Shown here: positions 57,496-64,000 of the stretch, piece after piece
Layout of the letters: each line of letters starts with the position of its first letter
Position numbering within the stretch: the stretch's first letter is position 1
From: an uncultured Gammaproteobacteria bacterium
GTDB taxonomy: Bacteria > Pseudomonadota > Gammaproteobacteria > Steroidobacterales > Steroidobacteraceae
Assembly: GCA_963793005.1 (NCBI GenBank)
Contig: CAWBYP010000006.1
Coordinates: 26,785 to 90,784 of the forward strand
Reading direction: 5' to 3'
DNA length: 64,000 nt
Program-made: the position numbers and the translations under genes
The notes under the pieces: model-generated
What the model was told of the DNA's origin: nothing
Seen by the model: only the letters and a program-made list of their open reading frames with translations
Databases searched by the model: none

Positions 57496-58845
57496 ATGAC
57501 GACATTCACCGACTGGATCAACGCCGCCAATTCGTTCGTCTGGGGCCCGGCGATGCTGGTGCTGATCCTCGGCACGGGGCTCTACCTCCAGGTACGTCTC
57601 GGTGGCATGCCGGTGCGCAAGATCGGCGCCGGCTTGCGCCTGGTCTGGGGGGGACGTGGCGGTGACGAGGCCCACGGTGAAGTCAGTCCCTACTCCGCGC
57701 TGATGACCTGCCTGGCCGGGACCATCGGAGTCGGCAACATCGCGGGCGTGGCCACCGCGGTTGCGCTCGGCGGCCCGGGCGCCGTGTTCTGGATGTGGAT
57801 GACGGCCCTGGTCGGCATGGCCACCAAGTACGCCGAAGTGCTGCTCGCAGTGCACTTCCGTGAACGCGACAAGAAGGGTCGCTTCGTCGGCGGCCCGATG
57901 TACGCGATCCGCAACGGCCTCGGCCCGCGCTGGGCCTGGCTCGGCGCGACATTTGCGTTGTTCGGCGGCCTGGCCGGTTTCGGCATCGGCAACATGGTGC
58001 AGTCGAACAGCATCGCAGCCGCCATGCAGGGTTCGTTCGGCATTACCCCGCTGGTGACCGGCGTGGTACTGACCGTCATCACGGGCGCGGTCATCCTGGG
58101 CGGCATCAAGCGCATCGCATCGGTCGCCAACTGGCTCGTCCCGTTCATGGCGACCGGCTACGTGGTCGCGGCAATGATCGTGCTGGTCTATCACTGGCAG
58201 TCGATCCCGCAGGCCTTCGGGCTGATTTTTGCATCGGCCTTCACCGGCACCGCGGCGGTTGGTGGCTTTGCCGGCGCGGCGATGATGGCCGGGATCCGCT
58301 ATGGCGTGGCGCGCGGCATTTTCTCGAACGAAGCCGGGCTCGGCACGGCCGGCATCGCGCAGGCGGCGGGCATGAGCAACGACCCGGTACGCAGCGGCCT
58401 CATCGGCATGATGGGCACGTTCCTCGACACCATCGTGGTCTGCACGATGACGGGGCTCGCGATCGTGGTGTCCGGGGCCTGGCAGACGGGCGAGACCGGT
58501 CCCGCGCTGACGCAGGTCGCGTTCCAGTCCGCGCTGCCCGGTATCGGCGGCGAATTCGTCGCGGTCGCGCTCGGCGTCTTCGCGCTGACGACGATCTTCG
58601 GCTGGGCGTACTACGGCGAGCGCTGCTGGCAGTACCTGGTCGGCGACTGGACGATCATGCCGTACCGCATCGTGTGGACACTGATGGTGTTCGTCGGGGC
58701 GGTCACGCACCTCGACCTCGCGTGGACCATCGCCGACACTCTCAACGCGCTGATGGCGATCCCGAACCTGGTGGCGCTGCTGGCACTGTCACCGGTCGTC
58801 GTGCAGTTGACGCGGGCAGGCCTCGCCAGGGCCTTGCCGGACTGA
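57496..58845 (+). CDS. alanine/glycine:cation symporter (AGCS family)
   Basis: About 450 aa with multiple TM helices. Motifs 'ALGGPGAVFWMW', 'GGPMYAI' and 'FSNEAGLGTA'. Confidence 0.9.
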   Translation: MTTFTDWINAANSFVWGPAMLVLILGTGLYLQVRLGGMPVRKIGAGLRLVWGGRGGDEAHGEVSPYSALMTCLAGTIGVGNIAGVATAVALGGPGAVFWMWMTALVGMATKYAEVLLAVHFRERDKKGRFVGGPMYAIRNGLGPRWAWLGATFALFGGLAGFGIGNMVQSNSIAAAMQGSFGITPLVTGVVLTVITGAVILGGIKRIASVANWLVPFMATGYVVAAMIVLVYHWQSIPQAFGLIFASAFTGTAAVGGFAGAAMMAGIRYGVARGIFSNEAGLGTAGIAQAAGMSNDPVRSGLIGMMGTFLDTIVVCTMTGLAIVVSGAWQTGETGPALTQVAFQSALPGIGGEFVAVALGVFALTTIFGWAYYGERCWQYLVGDWTIMPYRIVWTLMVFVGAVTHLDLAWTIADTLNALMAIPNLVALLALSPVVVQLTRAGLARALPD

Positions 58846-58905
58846 GCCGGCATCGGCGCGATCTGTCCGCTCGGCTTCGCGCAGCCTGTCGCGGAGTCGG
58901 ATCGC

Positions 58906-61086
58906 CTACTGCGCCGCTGCCGGGCTCCGGTCCAAGCCCTTCGCCACCTCCATTTCCTTGCGCGCTTCGTCCGTGCGGCCCAGGCGCTCGAGGACCTGCG
59001 ACAGTGCCTGGTGGGCGGCCGCATTCTTCGGGTCCGCCGCGATCGCGGCCCGCAACTGGCGTTCGGCATCGGCGAAATTCCCGCTGCGCGCCAGCGATGA
59101 GCCCAGGTTGTAGCGCGCGGTGACGGACTTGGGGTCCAGCTCGACCGACTTGCGATACGCCTCGATCGCCTCCTCGTTCAAGCCCTCGCGCTCCAGCACG
59201 AAACCGAGGTCGTTGTAGATCGCAGGCTGCTGCGACTCGATCGCGAGCGACTCCCTGTAGTGCGCTTCGGCGACCTCGAACTCGCCGAGGTCGATCGAGG
59301 CGAGTGCCAGGTTGTTGTGCGCCTTCCAGTGCTTCGGATCGATTGCGAGCGCCTTACCCAGCGCTATCACCGCCTCCTTGCTGTTGCCCTGCTGGAACAA
59401 GGCGAATCCCATGGCGTTCAAGAGCTCCACGTTGTCGGGCGAGACGGCGAGTCCCCGCTCGTAGGCCCGGACCGCGCCGGGGTAGTTTCCGGTTCGCTCG
59501 TTGGCCATGCCGGCGCGAAGGAACGAGTAGGCATCGAGGAACTGCTCCGTAATCTTCACCATCGACTCGGCCGGCAGCGGGACGAACTCCGGGATGTTCG
59601 CAGCACGGTCGCTGCCGGTGAAGCGCTCGAGCACCACGGGTGGCGTGGATTCGCCCTGCTCGTCGATGTGAGTGAGGAAGAGCTGGGTGTAGGCGGTGTT
59701 GGCCTTCGAGGAGAAGACCAGCCAGCGTCCGTTCGACGACCAGCTGTGCCAGGAATTCATGCGCGGCGTGTTGGCGCGCAGCCGCCGCGCCTCGCCACCC
59801 TCGGCCGGGATGATGTACAGCTCGCTGTCCGGCATCAGCAGCATGTAGTTCTCTGCCTTGCAGAAGACGATCCACTTGCCATCGGGCGAGAACTTCGCGA
59901 AGTAGTTGCTCTTGCCGTTGTGCGAGGCGCCCTCGATCGGCTGGGCTTTCCCGCCGCGGCCATCATTGAACGGAACGCGGTAAAGGTCGTACTTGAACGG
60001 CTGCTTGCTCTCGAGAAACTCAGGCACGTCCTTCTCGCTCAGCAGTACGCTGGTGGCGTTCTCGATCGAGGGCTTCCGATAAGCCTTCGACCGGGCGAAC
60101 ACGACCCACTTCCCGTCGGGGCTCCAGGTCGGGTTGCTCTGGACGTACCCAGGGTCATCGGCGCCCGGCAGCGGCGTGAACTTGCCGGTCTCCGTGTCGT
60201 AGACGACGAGGATGCCCTTGATCGGGAAGAATAGCTGCGAGAACCAGATGTCCGGCGTCGCCACGAAAACCGCGCGGTCCTTGACCGTGCTGATCACATA
60301 GCGGCCATCGGGCGAGACCTTGGAGAGCAGGCCGAAAGTGGCTTCGCCATCGCTCTTCTTGTAGTCGCTCCAGGTGATGATCTTCTCGTCGTTCAACAGC
60401 ATCTGCTTCGACACCGGGAGGATCGCGTAGGCTCCCTTGTCGTTGCCGTAATCGACGTCGAGACCGAGCACGCTGCCGTCGCTGGAGAAGGAGTGGCAAT
60501 TGCCGCAGACCGGCAGGTTCTCGAGCACGATCTGTGGCGCGCTTTCGGACTCGACCCCACCGAAGCGCCAGCGGATTCGCGACGGATCCTGCACGGCCGA
60601 GATGAACGGCAGCGGAACCTCGCGATAGAAGATCGAGTCACTCACCGGGTCGGTCGATGTCCGGATCCGGACGCTCGCGGAAGATGCGGCCTGCTCGCCC
60701 GCGCCGACACCGACGATCGCCACTTCTGCATCACGCTGCACGCTGCGCCGCTTGATCTCGGCCCAGTCCGCCTCCGAGGGGCGCCAGCTCGGCTCGGCGG
60801 CGGCGAACCGCAGCACATCACCCTCGCCGTCGAATCGCAGCAGCACCTCCCAACGTGCGACACCCTTGGTGTCATCGCTCCAAACGAAGGTCGGGGCGAC
60901 GATTTCGGGCGGGAAGAGCGTCTCATCGAGCGGGTACTTGATTTCGAGTGAACCAGAGGGCTGGCCCGGGAACGCGAGTGGCGCCTGCGCCGGCGGCGCC
61001 CCCTTGCCACAGCCGGCCAGGGCCAGCATCGCGGCCGCGACCACGCAAGCACCGACGACGGCCGAGGTGCGCGCTCGCAAGCTCAT
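58906..61086 (-). CDS. lipoprotein with single CXXCH motif, PD40/TolB-like propeller repeats and C-terminal TPR array
   Basis: Start trimmed to 'MSLRARTSAVVGACVVAAAMLALAGCG', with a lipobox. The CXXCH motif is 'PVCGNCHSF'. The PD40-like repeats are 'SPDGRYV', 'SPDGKWVVF', 'SPDGKWIVF' and 'SSNGRWLVF'. At least six TPRs close the C-terminus. Confidence 0.8.
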   Translation of the reverse strand: MSLRARTSAVVGACVVAAAMLALAGCGKGAPPAQAPLAFPGQPSGSLEIKYPLDETLFPPEIVAPTFVWSDDTKGVARWEVLLRFDGEGDVLRFAAAEPSWRPSEADWAEIKRRSVQRDAEVAIVGVGAGEQAASSASVRIRTSTDPVSDSIFYREVPLPFISAVQDPSRIRWRFGGVESESAPQIVLENLPVCGNCHSFSSDGSVLGLDVDYGNDKGAYAILPVSKQMLLNDEKIITWSDYKKSDGEATFGLLSKVSPDGRYVISTVKDRAVFVATPDIWFSQLFFPIKGILVVYDTETGKFTPLPGADDPGYVQSNPTWSPDGKWVVFARSKAYRKPSIENATSVLLSEKDVPEFLESKQPFKYDLYRVPFNDGRGGKAQPIEGASHNGKSNYFAKFSPDGKWIVFCKAENYMLLMPDSELYIIPAEGGEARRLRANTPRMNSWHSWSSNGRWLVFSSKANTAYTQLFLTHIDEQGESTPPVVLERFTGSDRAANIPEFVPLPAESMVKITEQFLDAYSFLRAGMANERTGNYPGAVRAYERGLAVSPDNVELLNAMGFALFQQGNSKEAVIALGKALAIDPKHWKAHNNLALASIDLGEFEVAEAHYRESLAIESQQPAIYNDLGFVLEREGLNEEAIEAYRKSVELDPKSVTARYNLGSSLARSGNFADAERQLRAAIAADPKNAAAHQALSQVLERLGRTDEARKEMEVAKGLDRSPAAAQ

Positions 61087-61373
61087 GCTTGCCCGGTAGC
61101 CGCGTGGCGGGTTCATCTCGATGACGACCTGATTCTTCATTCGCGGGCGATTGTGGGTGAGCGCTCGAGGCCGCGTCAAACGAGGTGCAGGGGACCGCCA
61201 GGCTCGCAGCCACCTGTCCTGGCGCCGCCGACATTTACCATAAGCCCGAAAATTGACAGCGTGACTCCGCGCAGACGAGAATCAGTCCACAAAATATGGC
61301 GGCGACGGCGCCGGATGATTTACAAGCCCGGAATGGGCAAAGCGTTGAACTCGCTTTAAAGGGGAGAACAAGA

Positions 61374-62567
61374 ATGGTTGCCAGGTTGAATTCGCGTCCC
61401 GTTATTGCGGCGCTGGGAATCGCGATATTCGCCGTCTCGACGGCTGCCAGTGCGGCCGTGCATCGCGTCCACCCGGGACAGTCGCTGCAGGCTGCGGTCG
61501 ATGCGGCGTCGCCGGGCGACACGATCCTCGTCGAGCCGGGGACTTACAAGGGCACCAACAGCAAGTACGGGCTGCGCATCACCACTGACAACCTGCGCCT
61601 GATCGGCAAGGTGGTCCGGGGTCGGGGCGAAGCGGGCAAGGTCCGGATCCTCCACGATGGCAGCCAGGAGACGGGCGTATATGCGGCCCCCGCGGGCTGC
61701 GAGTACCGCGACGTGGAAGGTTCCTGCAATGCGCCCCGCGTGCAGGGCTTCTACATCCGCGGCTTCACCGTCGAGGGATTCCCGCAGAATGGAATCCAGA
61801 CGCGCTGGGTCGACGACTTCCAGTTCGTCCAGAACGAGTCCGTCAACAACCTGAACAACGGAATCTATCCGACGCTCTCGGCGAACGGACTGGTCCAGAA
61901 CAACGTCTCCTACGGCTCGCTCGACACGGCGATGTGGGTGGCTGGCTCCGAGAACGTGCGGGTCATCGGCAACACGATGTACGGCAGCACGATCGGATTC
62001 GAAATCACCGTCTCCAATGATGTCTGGGTGAAGCAGAACAACATCTACGGCAACACTACCGGCATCGGCCTGTTCCATCCCAATGGCGCCGGCAACCCAC
62101 CGAAGCCCGTGATGAAGAACTGGGTGATCGAGCAGAATCACGTCTACGACAACAACCTGCCGAACCCGGCGGTTCCGGGAACCTTCCAGAGCTTCCTGCC
62201 GCCGGGCATCGGGATCCTGCTCGCGGGCGTATCCGACCACGTGGTCGCGAAGAACACCGTCTCGGGCAACGACTTCGTCGGTATCGCGGTCCTCGGCTGG
62301 TGTACGGCCAACGCCGGCACCCCGAACTCCTGCGAGGACGAGCAACCGATCGCGGATCCTGCTGCGAACAACAACCGGGTGTCGCAGAACAAGGTGAGCG
62401 GCAATGGCATGAACGCGCCGCCGATCCCGATCGCCTTCCTGGCCGCGGACATCACCTACTTCGAGTTCGAGGGTTCGTCCGGCAACTGCTTCGAGAAGAA
62501 CAAGCCCAGTGGCTTCTCGTTTGTATCCTCGCAGCCCAACGGGCTACTGCCCACCGACGGGTGCTGA
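61374..62567 (+). CDS. secreted right-handed parallel beta-helix repeat protein (NosD/pectate-lyase fold)
   Basis: Start trimmed to 'MVARLNS...AVSTAASA', with an AGGGGAGA RBS. The sequence shows 'HPGQSLQAAVDAASPGDTILVEPGTYKG' followed by periodic 'N.I..N' beta-helix rungs. Confidence 0.75.
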   Translation: MVARLNSRPVIAALGIAIFAVSTAASAAVHRVHPGQSLQAAVDAASPGDTILVEPGTYKGTNSKYGLRITTDNLRLIGKVVRGRGEAGKVRILHDGSQETGVYAAPAGCEYRDVEGSCNAPRVQGFYIRGFTVEGFPQNGIQTRWVDDFQFVQNESVNNLNNGIYPTLSANGLVQNNVSYGSLDTAMWVAGSENVRVIGNTMYGSTIGFEITVSNDVWVKQNNIYGNTTGIGLFHPNGAGNPPKPVMKNWVIEQNHVYDNNLPNPAVPGTFQSFLPPGIGILLAGVSDHVVAKNTVSGNDFVGIAVLGWCTANAGTPNSCEDEQPIADPAANNNRVSQNKVSGNGMNAPPIPIAFLAADITYFEFEGSSGNCFEKNKPSGFSFVSSQPNGLLPTDGC

Positions 62568-62602
62568 CAGCCCCGCTCCAGGCCGCTGGCATTTGATGCA
62601 GA

Positions 62603-62632
62603 CCGCCCGACGTCTTGACAGGCGTCGGGCGG
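62603..62632 (+). terminator. GC-rich hairpin (10-bp perfect stem) without U-tract
   Basis: The stem CCGCCCGACG / CGTCGGGCGG has a 10-nt loop. It starts 36 nt after the beta-helix gene stop. No T-run follows, so terminator function is uncertain. Confidence 0.3.
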
Positions 62633-62678
62633 CTACTGGTCCACAGCAGGCGGATTTGACTGCGGGTACTGTGCGAGC

Positions 62679-63914
62679 ATGAATCCAGTACCCGTCGCTG
62701 TCCGGACGATCCCATTGTCTTCCCACCCGGTTACCGAGACGATCGAAACTCACGGCTGCTCGATCGTTCTCCGTCGGGTTGACGGTCCCGGGGCCACGGA
62801 GCTCTTCCTTCACTGCCAGCCAACCACTGGGGTTCCCGACGCGGGCCAGCAGGCCGAAGCGATCTATCGTGCGATCCATGGCGTTCTCGAATCCCAGGGC
62901 GGCAGCTTCGAGTCAGTCGTCACCGAGACGGTCTTCCTGCGGAACCTGCGGACAAACATTGAGCCCGTACGCGAGGCGCGCCAACGCGTCCTCGCCGATG
63001 GCGGGGAGACGGCTCACAGGCCCGCCACGACCGAGATCGAGCAGCCGCCGCTCAACGAACGCGCCTGCCTGGAGGTCTCGGTGCAGGCCGTACTGCCGAA
63101 CGAGTCACCGGCGCGGTTCGAAACGATCGAGGCCAGGCCCGCCTGCGATTGTGCCGAATGCGCCCGTGCGCACGGCCTGCGGATTCATGTCGGCGAGGAG
63201 GTCCGGTTCCATGCGGGTGGTCTCTGCGGGCCGGGCGAAAATGCCTACGAACAGACGCTCGGCATGTTCGGGCATGCCGAACGACTGCTGCAGCAGGCGG
63301 GATTGGAGTTCCGCGACGTCGTGCGCACCTGGATCCACCTGCGCGAGATGGACCGCGACTACGGGGACCTGAACCGTGCGCGGCGCGAGTTCTTCGCGGC
63401 GCGCGGCATCGATCCTGTGCCGGCCAGCACCGGCATCGGCGGCGGGCCGGTCCCCGACGCACACGCTCTCTGCCTGGGGATATATGCGGTGAAAGCGGGA
63501 CGCCCGCCGGTGCGGACCATAATGACCTCCCCCACGCTCAACGAGGCGGCCCAGTACGGTGCGGACTTCGTCCGCGGAATGAAGATGGTGGAGGCGAACA
63601 AGATCGCGCTCCATGTGTCCGGGACCGCGAGCATCGACGAGCACGGCAGGACCGCACACATCGGTGACTTCGAGGCCCAGGCGGACCGGATGCTCGTGAA
63701 CATTGCTGCCCTGCTCAACGGGCAGGGCGCCAGCTTTGGCGACATCGTTTACGCGATCACCTACCTGAAGCAGCCCGCGGACGCGGCACGCCTTCGGCTG
63801 AGGCTCCGCCAGGGCGGCTTCGAGGGCTTCCCGCATGCGTTGGTCGCGGCGCCCATCTGTCGACCCGACCTCCTCTGTGAAACGGAAGCGCTGGCCGTCC
63901 TGCCGCTCTCATAG
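62679..63914 (+). CDS. multi-domain RidA/YjgF-fold protein, chorismatase (FkbO/Hyg5/XanB2)-like
   Basis: 411 aa. The C-terminal RidA-like module is 'LHVSGTASIDEHGRTAHIGDFEAQADRMLVNIAALL...CRPDLLCETEALAV'. Earlier RidA-like segments include 'VVTETVFLRNL' and 'VVRTWIHLREMDRDYGDLNRARREFF...ASTGIGG'. Confidence 0.6.
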   Translation: MNPVPVAVRTIPLSSHPVTETIETHGCSIVLRRVDGPGATELFLHCQPTTGVPDAGQQAEAIYRAIHGVLESQGGSFESVVTETVFLRNLRTNIEPVREARQRVLADGGETAHRPATTEIEQPPLNERACLEVSVQAVLPNESPARFETIEARPACDCAECARAHGLRIHVGEEVRFHAGGLCGPGENAYEQTLGMFGHAERLLQQAGLEFRDVVRTWIHLREMDRDYGDLNRARREFFAARGIDPVPASTGIGGGPVPDAHALCLGIYAVKAGRPPVRTIMTSPTLNEAAQYGADFVRGMKMVEANKIALHVSGTASIDEHGRTAHIGDFEAQADRMLVNIAALLNGQGASFGDIVYAITYLKQPADAARLRLRLRQGGFEGFPHALVAAPICRPDLLCETEALAVLPLS

Positions 63915-64000
63915 ACCCGGATGAATCCTTCCGGGCCAGAAGCAGTTGCAATCCTGAGGCACAGGCATTACAGGTAACCCTCTGGTTCCTGATTCGAGAG

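Overview
High-GC (by eye about two-thirds G+C) proteobacterial chromosomal segment with about 50 densely packed genes. I recognised no rRNA, tRNA, CRISPR array, transposase or integrase. The many long Arg/Ala/Gly-rich antisense ORFs in the track are high-GC shadow frames. The core (about 12.98-35.2 kb) is a formate-oxidation and molybdenum-cofactor island. On the minus strand a long operon reads mobA-moeA-moaB-BNR propeller-yqeC-like-CysO-like sulfur carrier-rhodanese::E1-NAD-linked formate dehydrogenase beta/alpha. Divergent from it are a sigma-54 enhancer-binding protein, DUF6494 and an HTH::PBP-like regulator. Next comes DUF3305-DUF3306-poly-ferredoxin, a good sigma-54 promoter match, then TorD-like chaperone-Tat-target peptide-periplasmic FDH alpha/beta-lipoprotein-cytochrome b gamma. 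Flanking content is listed here. (1) Two divergent paralogues of a TIR-TolB_N-like-TPR protein (279-2075 and 45705-47423), the second followed by an HD phosphohydrolase and an MFS gene. (2) A 2-TM K+ channel with tandem RCK domains. (3) c-di-GMP and cAMP signalling proteins: PAS-GGDEF-EAL, CZB-GGDEF, and a 7TMR-DISM histidine kinase-receiver-class III cyclase. (4) An OmpR/HK pair next to a four-repeat DUF4397 lipoprotein. (5) A bacterial TiaS-kinase-like protein. (6) A TonB-dependent receptor carrying a 23-codon GGY (poly-Gly) tract. (7) Tandem FAD oxidoreductases. (8) katG. (9) An AraC-regulated AlkB/XylM-like hydroxylase with a XylA-like reductase. (10) An alanine/glycine symporter. (11) A CXXCH-PD40-TPR lipoprotein. 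(12) A multi-RidA (chorismatase-like) protein. Six genes are interrupted by single-nucleotide frame breaks. Five of them are repaired by removing one C from a C-run, which points to consensus error rather than decay. The most promising candidates for uncharacterised biology are the TIR-TPR paralogues (with HD), the BNR/YqeC/CysO-like insert in the Moco operon, the DUF3305/DUF3306/ferredoxin module and the TiaS-like gene pair. All family assignments are from motif recognition by eye and need HMM or BLAST confirmation.
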